From an archaeon (lineage in GTDB: Archaea > Iainarchaeota > Iainarchaeia > Iainarchaeales > JAAZKV01): a stretch of 64,000 nt of DNA. The notes beneath the pieces are model-generated. The model was not told where the DNA came from, made no database searches, and saw only the letters and a list, made by a program, of their open reading frames with translations. A program made the position numbers and the translations under genes. This document shows positions 10,201 through 19,128 of this stretch, piece after piece; the stretch's first letter is position 1, and every line of letters starts with the position of its first letter. The DNA lies in assembly GCA_041661245.1 (NCBI GenBank), contig JBAZUY010000001.1:678876-742875 (forward strand). Reading direction: 5' to 3'.

Positions 10201-13200
10201 ATTTATCGACTGCGGGTGTTTTGACTGATTACAACGTTTCGTCTCCCTTTATCCTAAACAACGTTGGCCCGGTTTTGAGTTTTAATCTAATTGATTCTAA
10301 CGATGCAAAAGGAATTCTTCCAACAAAAAGTGGAACAGTTACAATTGATTTCAATGTTCAAGACCAAGGAAATGATGTGCTTGACTTGAATGTTTATTTG
10401 AGTAATAATAACTCTTCAGGAAATTTTACTGGCGACACAATAGCAATTAGCTCCTCAAATTTTGTTTCAACATATTGTGCTCCAAGTGCAGATTGGAGTA
10501 CAACTTCAGTAAAGTGCACTGTTCCGATTAACACTGCTTTGATTTCTGATGGAAGCACTAAATACATTAAACTGAAAGTTGCGGACAACACTTACAACAC
10601 TTATGATATCTCAAGTTCTTTTGCAATAAACAATATTGCACCAGTTGTGACATTCAATTTAATTGGAAGTTCAATTGCTACAGGGAGCATAACCCCAAAG
10701 AAAGAAATTATAACAATTGATTTTAACATTAATGATCCTGGAACAAGTTTTGAAGATTTGAATGTTTACCTTAGTAATAATAATAGTACTAGTGATCCGC
10801 TTGTTGCATTAGACACTATTGCAATCCAAGATCTAAATTTAACTTCACTAAATTGCTCAAGCGGAACTTGGGAAAATGGAAGTGTAAATTGTACTCTCGA
10901 CAGTAATACTTTCCTTACTACTGACGGGGTAACAAAATATATTAAATTAAAAATTAAAAATAATGTTCAACCTGCTGTGTTTAGTGTTTCAAGTGGATTT
11001 ACAATCGACAATACTTTCCCCGTAGTTACTTGGAATAATGTTTCAAACAATTGGAGAAGGCACAATAATGACATTAATCTTTCTTGTGCAGATGCAACAA
11101 CAAGTTGTTCTCAAGTCCGGTATCAAATAAACGGGGGCACTTGGGAAGTATATTCTGCCCCAGTTTCTCTTCCAGCAGATGGGAATTATTTAATTCAAAC
11201 AGATGCAAATGATTTACTTGGAAATCGATCAACTACCCAAGCATTTAACATATTAGTTGGTTTTAATGGAAATCTAAGGACTTATAATGACTTGAATAAT
11301 CCTGAGTCTTTCTTTAGTGAAAATGAAAAAGCTGAATTAGTTTATGATATGAATTTAGCGGTTTCTCCGAGAATACAATTGATTGATAGTAATGGCGTAA
11401 TTGTTGTAGATTCTGTGATGACAAACATTTCTCAAGATTCAACTTTTGGAAAAAATGATTTGAATACCTATTATTTTGATTTCAATTTAATTGGGGAATT
11501 CGGATGGTATGATGCAATTATTCAAAACCAATTGTTTTCAAAAGCATTTTTTAAATCAAGAACTTGGGTTGATAGGTACACGGATTATAACGGAGTTAAT
11601 TATCCTTTTAGTTTTGACCTAAACTTAACAGAACCAAATGTTACAGAAAGAAGATTTAGTGCAATTGACACAAATATTCATTTTAATTACAAAGCAAATC
11701 CTACCTCCATAAGAGTATTGGATTTTAAAGGATCAGTTTACAAAGAAGTTCCAAGTGAAGTGTACTTGCGAGTTTACTCTGGAAGTTTAATCACGGATGC
11801 AAGATTAGTTTTCCTTTCAACACTCTACCAAGGTCAGCAAAAAACATACGCTGTTTCTTATGCTTCCTCACAAATGCCAAGGAGTTATTCCGCAGATTTA
11901 AATTCTTCATTAATTGCGCCGTTAATAGTTGATTTCAATAACAGTGCATTTGAAGCAAAAGTAGATTTGTCAAATGGAGCAGTACTCTCCTCTATTAAAA
12001 GTTGGATTGGAAAAGGGAGTGATTTGAATAATGCTCTACTTACAAAAGCTCCACAAAGTTCTCTTGGGTCCTCAAGTTATTCAGATTTATTTTTGACAAA
12101 TTATTCTCTTGCCTCAAGCGGTCCGCTTGTGACAAAATTAAATGCGTATGGGCCAATGGGTTCGTTTGATTACAATGTAACATACACCACTTATGCAAAA
12201 TCAAAGTATATTTTATTTGATTCAAATGCAGTTTTCAACTCAGTTTCACAAAGAGATATTTACAATTTAGTAACAAGCGAACAGCATTTCCAAAAAGGAA
12301 TTTTTACTAAAAACACAAGTTATGATGGGGCTTATGCAGTAATTGATTTGAACAGTACTGGAAATAATTTATCTTTCACAGATCTCAATTTGATTAGTTT
12401 GACAAATTCAAAAACTCTTGATTCTTATTCTGAAGCATATCTTTTGAAAACTTCTTCAAAGCCTATGATTGATACGACAAGAATTCGTGAAGATGTAAAC
12501 TCAATATATATACAAAGAAGAATTGCTCCATCAGATATTGGGGGAGATACACTTGCATTAGGCGATTATTACTCTACAAAAACAGCAATAATAATTTCTA
12601 ATCCATTGGATTCCTTTGAAGATGTAAACAAAATTTATTTAGCACTAACAAACCCCTTACAAATAGTTACTGGACGAATAGTTACTAATGATTCTCAAAT
12701 TCCAACGCTTGGCGGGCAAGGATATTCTCCAGCTGATGCAAATGATTCAACTGATTTGAATTGTTACGCTGCGTTCTTTGATAATACTTTGTTAAGCCGA
12801 GTGGAAGTAAATATTACTGGCGCGGATTTAAATATTTTTGAATCCCAAGAATTTTTAGATCAAAATATAGTAAGTTCCTATGTAGTTGATTCAAACACTC
12901 TTAATTCTGGAAACGTTAATTGTACTTTTACAGCATATGATATTGCGGACAATAATATTACAACTTCTTTTTTAGTTTCTGTTGCGGATAAAACTCCCCC
13001 AGTTATTGAAAGTACCCTTTTGTCCCTTGATTCAAATGCGTTGCTAGATCCACAAAAAGACACAAACTTTGACGCAAATGTTACTGAATACTTAGGATTA
13101 CAAACAGTAGAGCTTTATACAAGGACAAGCGCTGACGGCAATAATTGGTCTGAATGGAGTATTAATTCAATGCAAAACGATTTGAACAATTCCTCATACA

Positions 13201-15425
13201 ATTATCATTACACTTATTTACTCACTACTGATTCAAACGAATTAATTTACCAATTCTTTGTTCACGCTGTTGACTTGAATGGAAATGATAGTAATTCTAG
13301 CGTAGAAACACATTATTCATTTTATGATTACACTTGGGAAGTTAGCCCCCAAGTTCTTCCCGCAGTTACTCAATCGCTTAACACCGTTGCTCAATTAGGT
13401 TCTATTAGCATAACTAACACTGGGGACAAACCTCTAACATTTAAACTTTCTACAAATTGGGAAAACAAATCTCAAATTTGGTTTTCTGGAGATGCAGAAA
13501 CATTAACTGGAAAAGTAGTAGGTCTTTCCCCAGGGGATTCTCAGACTTATCTACTTAGTGCAACCACAAAACTAACTGAAAGAAGTGATCCAATAATAAT
13601 TACTGTTGACCCCTATAATGCCCAAGCAATTCCTGATTCAAACACAGTTAACGCTACGCTTGTTTCACTTTCAAACGGTCCATTTATGTTAATAGAATGG
13701 ACAAAGACAAACCCTGCTGTTCGACAAGAAGATGAAAATGTTCTTTACACTGTAAAGTTATCCAATGCAGGAAACGCAGATGCGAATGAAATTATTATTG
13801 ATTGGAATTATCCATTTGATTGGACACTTACTGATGGAAACTCAGATGAAAATTTAAGTGAAACAATTTCAGTTGGATTAAACTTAAGTCGTTCATTAAT
13901 CTTTTCTATCCCTGCCGATGCAAATAATGTTACACAGATATTAACTTTCACAGCCGGATGTAACAGTGATGAAAACAAAACACAAACAAGTTCCACTACG
14001 ACAGTAGTTTATGATAAAACCGGTACTAGTACTGGGGGAAACAACAATAACAACAATGGCGGCGGCTCTGGCACTGGGGGCGGAGGGGGAGGCGGCGGAG
14101 GCAATACGGGCTCTGGAGGATTACCATTTGTTCCTGGGCAAGAAGACAAATTTTTCCAAACAAGTTCCTTCTTTGAACTTGTAAGAGGACAGGATAATAC
14201 GTTCCCAATTAAATTTACAAATCCTTTGGATAATAATTTGCAGAATATTCATTTGAGTGTTTCCGGAATCATTTCAAGATATTTAAAGTTAAAAGATGAA
14301 AACATTGCGCAACTTGATTCTAATCAAGAGTTTTCAACTGAAATAGAAATTGTTTCTCCAAAGTATTTCACGCCAGGAAAATATGCATTGGTGTTCACAA
14401 TTACTGGGGAGTTTATAGATCGATATAGAAGACCAACTAGTTTCATAGAGGAACGAACAATCAATCTCTTGGTTCATGATGTAAACGAATCAACTGCAAA
14501 CGAAATGTTTGCCCAAATGCAATCCTTCTTGACTGAATTGCAAAAAAATAATTACCGTGTAAATGATTTGCCATTTTTAGTTAAAGATGCTAACACTATG
14601 CTTGGCAAGAGAGACTTTGATGGAGTTGCAGAAAAATATATGTTAGCAAAGAAAGTATTCGATGATGCAACATTAGCAGCAAACCAGGCAACTAGTATTT
14701 CTGGATTAATTGGACTTGCAACAAGTAAAGGAATTGAAACTCCAAATACTGACAGACTGTTAGTTCTTGCACAACTTGCCTTCCAAAGAGGAGATTATGC
14801 TTTAGCGTTGTCAAGACTAAAGGAAGCAGAGTTGACTTATTCAATTGAAACAAAAGGAGAATTTAACTGGATAGTTTGGGCATTAGCAAATATTGATAAA
14901 ATAATTTTAATGCTTGTTTTGTTCATTGCTGCCGCTTACATGTTTAATTTAGGATTTACAATGCTAAGAATTGATTCAAAACTAAAGTCTTCCTTGGCTG
15001 AAAATACTTTATTGCTTTCAATGATTGCAGGGATACAAAAAAGAAGCTTTGTTGAAAACAAAATGAGTCTTAGTGAATATTACGATGCGTTAGCCCAATT
15101 TGAAGATAGAATAGCAAGCGTGTCCGAATCCATTGTGGATCTTACTACCCGAAAGAGCAATATGTTAAAATTTTCAAGACCTTCTACAAGGTTAAATCAG
15201 GAAAAGAGAAGTTTGCTTGATTTAATTAGGGACACTCAGCAACAGTACTTTAATTTCGGGTTAGTTGAAACTAGAATTTATCAAACGAAAGTAAAAAGTC
15301 TTACAAAAAGACTTACTGAGGTTGATGAAGAAATTGTTTCAAGCGATTTAAAGAAGACTCTTCGTATGAACGGAAGAGGTCCAAGTGTACTCTTTTGGAA
15401 GTTGTATTATTTTATTTTTAGGTGA
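7254..15425 (+). CDS. Giant surface protein (2723 aa): signal peptide, three LamG/concanavalin-A-like modules, Ig-like repeats, Gly/Asn linker, one C-terminal TM helix and a cytoplasmic coiled tail
   Basis: GTG start with signal peptide KKKINYFLLVTIFLFVFSTVFSTAYT. LamG_3-type endings are present: FDGNIDEVTVWNRALTPTEIQALY, VEETKLYSYALSDQQMGEDF and FRGDVEEIALWDKDLSYDDV. There are three ~124-aa tandem repeats and an Ig-like segment, QVRYQINGGTWEVYSAPVSLPADGNYLIQTDANDLLGN. The TM helix is IILMLVLFIAAAYMFNLGF, followed by a ~170-aa tail. Confidence 0.85.
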   Translation: MKKKINYFLLVTIFLFVFSTVFSTAYTRTVGLPAGDRNSFFNDLTHNYNFPGFVEPRGSDSAYVQSASIDWNKSLFSLPNGSQLTADNNLLGLWDANLISIWHLEENDGALIVDSKGGNNGNGGSSHKSAGINGNYAQSFRSVDLATVNLDAKAVNFAGNYSEGTVLAWIKTDSYADQSFFSISSNRWFRLGINTGTIYWSVYNGSTQPFYYSSRKALSDNRWHQIVYTVDATGNKIYIDGQFDEGSFTSGGSAASSYFFDDVPYSAGATKFRIGNFYWSTDGRYFDGNIDEVTVWNRALTPTEIQALYSLQYPKQYDQNLKVYWKFNELSYVMADEANGNGANCWHSSSNNLSCLSYLSSFIGPRQGGLFDTNGSYTSGPTWTVGGPSSISLDYNDGWSASSWVNFWGMHASGTYGVLVNGRDSSDIAYSLGVQVSGAAGAQLFVPYVKISNSVDGPKYCYATGVNIPIYQWHQLSGTYDGSRLKIFYDGKLINTCATTFSPWKNVSSRIEQGIDVASIYGMVEETKLYSYALSDQQMGEDFNRIKSSHFVGAIPIYSPTLSSLRWDSAKVNSSTNFSFGKEILSTDTKYFDQNLKALYHLNSSPQDSSGNGFDANLYGEGDEYVSGLWGTQAVSLDGNDSLSINSMNNLLCGATSTGKFSWSGWIKPDSICNYNPTWCTLYGSSGFTIRNHSSQSLYVYNGSTGIFSTTQPFNPNYWTHVVFTYGGGVRKLYINGQLVLNTVGAITFNNCSSYYPQIGALNRGDFFRGDVEEIALWDKDLSYDDVVDLFRKGVSSLDLNFYSCADYNCNNKTASVFIADANNNQDYSLAQLPVTNYLGYDAFFKTAPSFSDYNFGFGAYGAFLKNVVVDASPGNTNPIMNFNLVGTDNAKGAISTKNGTVTLDFDVFDLQNDRLDLNVYLSNNSDINNLSSDTLVITDLNLTSTQCSSITWNVTSAHCTLDINTPLAIDAQAKYVKLLVSDLSTAGVLTDYNVSSPFILNNVGPVLSFNLIDSNDAKGILPTKSGTVTIDFNVQDQGNDVLDLNVYLSNNNSSGNFTGDTIAISSSNFVSTYCAPSADWSTTSVKCTVPINTALISDGSTKYIKLKVADNTYNTYDISSSFAINNIAPVVTFNLIGSSIATGSITPKKEIITIDFNINDPGTSFEDLNVYLSNNNSTSDPLVALDTIAIQDLNLTSLNCSSGTWENGSVNCTLDSNTFLTTDGVTKYIKLKIKNNVQPAVFSVSSGFTIDNTFPVVTWNNVSNNWRRHNNDINLSCADATTSCSQVRYQINGGTWEVYSAPVSLPADGNYLIQTDANDLLGNRSTTQAFNILVGFNGNLRTYNDLNNPESFFSENEKAELVYDMNLAVSPRIQLIDSNGVIVVDSVMTNISQDSTFGKNDLNTYYFDFNLIGEFGWYDAIIQNQLFSKAFFKSRTWVDRYTDYNGVNYPFSFDLNLTEPNVTERRFSAIDTNIHFNYKANPTSIRVLDFKGSVYKEVPSEVYLRVYSGSLITDARLVFLSTLYQGQQKTYAVSYASSQMPRSYSADLNSSLIAPLIVDFNNSAFEAKVDLSNGAVLSSIKSWIGKGSDLNNALLTKAPQSSLGSSSYSDLFLTNYSLASSGPLVTKLNAYGPMGSFDYNVTYTTYAKSKYILFDSNAVFNSVSQRDIYNLVTSEQHFQKGIFTKNTSYDGAYAVIDLNSTGNNLSFTDLNLISLTNSKTLDSYSEAYLLKTSSKPMIDTTRIREDVNSIYIQRRIAPSDIGGDTLALGDYYSTKTAIIISNPLDSFEDVNKIYLALTNPLQIVTGRIVTNDSQIPTLGGQGYSPADANDSTDLNCYAAFFDNTLLSRVEVNITGADLNIFESQEFLDQNIVSSYVVDSNTLNSGNVNCTFTAYDIADNNITTSFLVSVADKTPPVIESTLLSLDSNALLDPQKDTNFDANVTEYLGLQTVELYTRTSADGNNWSEWSINSMQNDLNNSSYNYHYTYLLTTDSNELIYQFFVHAVDLNGNDSNSSVETHYSFYDYTWEVSPQVLPAVTQSLNTVAQLGSISITNTGDKPLTFKLSTNWENKSQIWFSGDAETLTGKVVGLSPGDSQTYLLSATTKLTERSDPIIITVDPYNAQAIPDSNTVNATLVSLSNGPFMLIEWTKTNPAVRQEDENVLYTVKLSNAGNADANEIIIDWNYPFDWTLTDGNSDENLSETISVGLNLSRSLIFSIPADANNVTQILTFTAGCNSDENKTQTSSTTTVVYDKTGTSTGGNNNNNNGGGSGTGGGGGGGGGNTGSGGLPFVPGQEDKFFQTSSFFELVRGQDNTFPIKFTNPLDNNLQNIHLSVSGIISRYLKLKDENIAQLDSNQEFSTEIEIVSPKYFTPGKYALVFTITGEFIDRYRRPTSFIEERTINLLVHDVNESTANEMFAQMQSFLTELQKNNYRVNDLPFLVKDANTMLGKRDFDGVAEKYMLAKKVFDDATLAANQATSISGLIGLATSKGIETPNTDRLLVLAQLAFQRGDYALALSRLKEAELTYSIETKGEFNWIVWALANIDKIILMLVLFIAAAYMFNLGFTMLRIDSKLKSSLAENTLLLSMIAGIQKRSFVENKMSLSEYYDALAQFEDRIASVSESIVDLTTRKSNMLKFSRPSTRLNQEKRSLLDLIRDTQQQYFNFGLVETRIYQTKVKSLTKRLTEVDEEIVSSDLKKTLRMNGRGPSVLFWKLYYFIFR
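9885..11010 (+). repeat. Three tandem ~124-aa (about 372-bp) domain repeats inside the giant gene
   Basis: The units start near 9885, 10256 and 10629. Shared protein pattern: P(V/I)..FNL(V/I)....A.G....K.G.VT(L/I)DF.V.D......DLNVYLSNN...(x)..KY(V/I)KL(L/K)V. The DNA is conserved only in patches, for example GA(C/T)TTGAATGT(T/A)TA. Confidence 0.8.
14034..14120 (+). repeat. Low-complexity Gly/Asn linker (GGNNNNNNGGGSGTGGGGGGGGGNTGSGG), locally GC-rich with G-runs
   Basis: Read directly from the sequence: ggg gga aac aac aat aac aac aat ggc ggc ggc tct ggc act ggg ggc gga ggg gga ggc ggc gga ggc. Confidence 0.9.
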
Positions 15426-16306
15426 TGGATTTGAATAAAAAAAATATTCTGTTGTTAGCATTGCTGCTTCTCTTTTGCGTTTACTCTTTCGCGCTGGATG
15501 CAAATATTTATTCTTCTCAAATTCAGGCTGAAAAGGACAAAGTGGCTGCGTTTGGAGTAAGTATTTCTTCTATGAAAGAAAATGGGTTCACGGTTACAAG
15601 AATGCTTGATGAGTTATCCATTTTGCGTCAAACAGCCGAAAATAATATTTACAAAATTGAAAACAACCAATTACCTGATTTTGAAACATTTAATGCCCGT
15701 GCAGATGCGTTGGATAAAATTTTGATTGAAGCCCAACAAATCAAAGATGAGTTGGTTGCCCTCAAGACAACAATAGACGGACTCAAGGGAACTATTGACA
15801 TAACTCCATTAACCGAAATGCGGCTTGAAGCAGAAAAGGAATTTGCGGATGAACGATATGAGTATGCAATAAAACAAATTGATGCTACTTATGAAAAAGT
15901 GAGTGAATTGCAAGGAATCCAAGCCAAAGCTAATGCAGCATATGACGCAACACGAAGAAGTGTTTTGGGTTTTATTTCAGAGAATTGGGGATATATTTTG
16001 ATTGTGGTTTTGATTCCAGTGATAGGGTATTTAATTTTTAGAAAAAAAATAACTCTGTACCGATTGAATAAGCGAATTGAAGAAGTGCGGTTTGAAGAGG
16101 GGGTTTTGAAGGATGAAATAAAAAAAGCACAGGAATTATATTTTGTTGGAGGGAAACTTCCAGAAGCGGAATATTCTATAAAAGTGAAAATGTATGGGGA
16201 AAAAATTAGAGACTTGAATAGACTGGCAGCAGTTTTTGAAGAAAAAAAAGAAGAAATTCTCCAAGGGTCTATGAAATCTGAAGAGAAGAAACCTTTAAAT
16301 AAATAG
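15422..16306 (+). CDS. Bitopic membrane coiled-coil protein (294 aa), translationally coupled to the giant gene
   Basis: The start overlaps the giant gene stop (GTGATG, with ATG at 15425). Signal peptide ILLLALLLLFCVYSFA, an extracellular helical region, TM helix WGYILIVVLIPVIGYLIF, and a cytoplasmic tail containing ELYFVGGKLPEAEYSIKVKMYGEKIRDL. Confidence 0.7.
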   Translation: MMDLNKKNILLLALLLLFCVYSFALDANIYSSQIQAEKDKVAAFGVSISSMKENGFTVTRMLDELSILRQTAENNIYKIENNQLPDFETFNARADALDKILIEAQQIKDELVALKTTIDGLKGTIDITPLTEMRLEAEKEFADERYEYAIKQIDATYEKVSELQGIQAKANAAYDATRRSVLGFISENWGYILIVVLIPVIGYLIFRKKITLYRLNKRIEEVRFEEGVLKDEIKKAQELYFVGGKLPEAEYSIKVKMYGEKIRDLNRLAAVFEEKKEEILQGSMKSEEKKPLNK

Positions 16307-16322
16307 GAATAGTTGATATGAC

Positions 16323-17108
16323 ATGGACAAAACAGACGTACAATCAAAACGAGAATATTTTATGCCACAAGTGCAAGGCTTAAACGGATTATTTAGTAAA
16401 GGAATCCCGATTGGCTCAGCAGTAATAATTGAAGGGGGGCCAGGTTCAGGAAAAACCTTATTTTGCTTGCAAGCTTGTGTGGATGCATGCGAGCAAGGCA
16501 AAAAAGTTCTTTTTATGAGTTTTGAAGAACCGGAAAGAAATTTACGAAGCCACTTAAACATGTTCAATTTTGATTCAGTACAATATGAAAAAAAAGGACT
16601 CTTAAGAATAAAAAGATTTAATGCTTTAGATATTGCAAGAAGTGTTGAAGCACTATTAAGTGAAGCAAAAAAGGAACTGCTAATTGATGTGCAACCAATT
16701 CTGATTCCTCAAGATTTCCAACCAGACTTAGTGTTTATTGATTCATTGACCTCAATTTCTTCAGCATTTAGTGGAGAATCAAGCAGATTTAGAGTATATA
16801 TGGAACAATTATTTCGTTACCTTGAATCTCACAACATTACTTCATTCTTAATCATGGAAACTCCACACCCAACTCACTTAGGACAAGTTGTTGCAGGGAT
16901 TGACCAAGCGGTGTCCTTCCTTTCTGATGGAATTATTGTAATTTACAATGTGTTTTATGAAAACGGAAGAAGAGGAAGAGCTATAGAAGCTCTAAAAATG
17001 CGTGGGGAAGATATTAATAGAAAAATAGTTGAACTAGAAATAAAAGATAAAAAAGGAATAATAGTATACCCTGACAAACCATTGAAAGGGAAATATACTT
17101 TAACTTAA
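16323..17108 (+). CDS. Single-domain KaiC/RecA-superfamily ATPase
   Basis: Walker A VIIEGGPGSGKTLFCLQ and Walker B PDLVFIDSLT. The length and the C-terminal ALKMRGEDINRKIVELEI are typical of archaeal KaiC-like proteins. Confidence 0.8.
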   Translation: MDKTDVQSKREYFMPQVQGLNGLFSKGIPIGSAVIIEGGPGSGKTLFCLQACVDACEQGKKVLFMSFEEPERNLRSHLNMFNFDSVQYEKKGLLRIKRFNALDIARSVEALLSEAKKELLIDVQPILIPQDFQPDLVFIDSLTSISSAFSGESSRFRVYMEQLFRYLESHNITSFLIMETPHPTHLGQVVAGIDQAVSFLSDGIIVIYNVFYENGRRGRAIEALKMRGEDINRKIVELEIKDKKGIIVYPDKPLKGKYTLT

Positions 17109-17182
17109 ACTAGTTCCTTTAGGGCGTGAGCAACTTTTTAATATACTTCCAAGTACAATATCCAGTAATACAAGGTGACTTT

Positions 17183-18277
17183 ATGGGATACAAAATAAGT
17201 GAAGCAGACAGCAAAATGGAAATTAAAGACTTCTTAAAAGCAAAAGTCCCTGAGGTTGAGAAAGAAATAGAAAAATACATTCCTAGAAAAGCTAGTAAAG
17301 AATGGATAGAGCAAGCACTTGGAAAAACTGTTTTTGAATTAGATTTAGAAGCATATACAAAAGGAGTAAATGCACCAATTTGGGATTTACTTGACAGAGG
17401 GGGAAAAAGATTTCGCCCAGTAATGACTTGTATTGTCAGCGAAGCAGTTGGGGGAAAATGGGAAGATGGAATGAAATTATCTCCAATGGTAGAACTAATC
17501 CACAATGGAACCCTAATGAGTGATGATGTGGAAGATGATAGTGTTGCAAGAAGAGGAAAGCCTTGTGTTCATAAAATATTTGGAGTAGATACTGCAGTAA
17601 ACACAGGGGCAATAATGTATTTTTGGCCATTAATGAAAATCAAAAATAATGAATTCAAACTAAGTGAAGAAAAAAGAAACGCGATTTATGATTTGTATGT
17701 TACTGAAATGGTTCGTGTATCAAGCGGACAAGCATGGGATATTGAATGGCACCACGGAGGATACACTCCAAATGAAAAACAATACCTTAACATGTGCTTA
17801 TGTAAAACAGGAGTATTAACTAAATTTGCATGCCAACTCGGAGCAATAGCTGGGGGAGCAAGCAAAAAACAATACGAAGCCTTAGGTGAATTTGGTCAAA
17901 TTGTTGGAGTAGGATTTCAAATACAAGATGATATACTTGAACTAACAGAAACTAGCTTCAAAGAAAAAAAAGGAAGTATTGGCGGAGATATTCACGAAGG
18001 AAAAAGAACTTTAATTGTAATACGAACTTTTGAAAAAGCGAACCCCAAGGATAAAAAAAGATTAGTCGAAATTCTTGATTCCCACACAACGGATGAAAAA
18101 GTAATTCAAGAAGCACTAGACATCATAAACAAATACGACGGAATCAAATATGCAAAAAGCGTTGCTGACAAAATGGTTGAAAATGCTTGGGCAAAAATAA
18201 ACAAAGCTTTGCCCGAAAGCAATGCAAAAGCCCTGCTAAAGAAATTTGCAGAACACTTAGTTGAAAGAAAAATTTGA
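17183..18277 (+). CDS. idsA: Short-chain trans-prenyl diphosphate synthase (GGPP synthase-like)
   Basis: First Asp-rich motif LIHNGTLMSDDVEDDSVARRGKP and second motif GFQIQDDILEL. I prefer ATG 17183, preceded by AAGGTGA, over the GTG at 17126 used in the track. Confidence 0.85.
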   Translation: MGYKISEADSKMEIKDFLKAKVPEVEKEIEKYIPRKASKEWIEQALGKTVFELDLEAYTKGVNAPIWDLLDRGGKRFRPVMTCIVSEAVGGKWEDGMKLSPMVELIHNGTLMSDDVEDDSVARRGKPCVHKIFGVDTAVNTGAIMYFWPLMKIKNNEFKLSEEKRNAIYDLYVTEMVRVSSGQAWDIEWHHGGYTPNEKQYLNMCLCKTGVLTKFACQLGAIAGGASKKQYEALGEFGQIVGVGFQIQDDILELTETSFKEKKGSIGGDIHEGKRTLIVIRTFEKANPKDKKRLVEILDSHTTDEKVIQEALDIINKYDGIKYAKSVADKMVENAWAKINKALPESNAKALLKKFAEHLVERKI

Positions 18278-18311
18278 ATAAAATGGAAAATTAATTGGAA
18301 AAAAGGTTTTT

Positions 18312-19052
18312 ATGAAAAATTGGGCGAATATGAAAGGTGGCGCGAGAAAGAAACTAATTGGTCTCTTTGAAAAAGTGAAAGGTTCAACAATTGGAAAAGC
18401 AACTTTTTTTACTGAATCTCCACTTGGAAGGCTTCGTGCAGTTAAACCGAAGAGAGATCCCTCAAAAAAAAGAGCAAGAGATGTGCGAATACAAAGAAAA
18501 GTGCTTGCCCGAATGGGGGTGCCAACAAAACAAGCAAACAATGTAATTTGGTGGTATAGATTAAGGCGAATTTCAGAGATTGCAACAAGTGGAGGGATTT
18601 GTACTTCAAATGCGGGGAAAGTAATTTTGGATTTTATGAAACAAAACAAGAGCGCGTATTTTGCTGGCATGAAGTTTAAAACAATTACAGAAAAGCGACA
18701 AATGCTTCAATCCATTAACGGGGCTATTGCCATTCTTGAGGAAAATATAGAAAAAAATTATCATTTTTATCGGGATGAAATTGCGCAAGGAATTGGTACA
18801 AAAGAAATTCTTCAAGAACAAATTGAACATGAGCAAATGCTAGCTGAATTTAATGAACGCTTAGTAGTAAAAAGACCAAAACTTAATAGTCCTGTAATTA
18901 TGGTGTTGCCTTCAGTTTTTTTACTTGCCGCAGACATGGCAAATTTTAGAATAAAACAAGTCCTTGAAAAAAAACAATCATTTTTCGAAGAGCAAGTAGC
19001 TAAAGAGCATGAGGCCTTTGAAAGAATGCGGGATATGCCTTCTGTGAATTAG
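18312..19052 (+). CDS. Hypothetical basic protein (246 aa) between the prenyltransferase and IPP isomerase genes
   Basis: Long ORF with no recognised motif. The N-terminal third is rich in Lys/Arg (GGARKK, KPKRDPSKKRARDVRIQRK). Confidence 0.55.
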   Translation: MKNWANMKGGARKKLIGLFEKVKGSTIGKATFFTESPLGRLRAVKPKRDPSKKRARDVRIQRKVLARMGVPTKQANNVIWWYRLRRISEIATSGGICTSNAGKVILDFMKQNKSAYFAGMKFKTITEKRQMLQSINGAIAILEENIEKNYHFYRDEIAQGIGTKEILQEQIEHEQMLAEFNERLVVKRPKLNSPVIMVLPSVFLLAADMANFRIKQVLEKKQSFFEEQVAKEHEAFERMRDMPSVN

Positions 19053-19128
19053 GTTAATATATTGATAAAACATAATAATTAATATAATGAAAAAGTAGGA
19101 TATGGTTAAGTTAAAGGTAGTGATTTTT

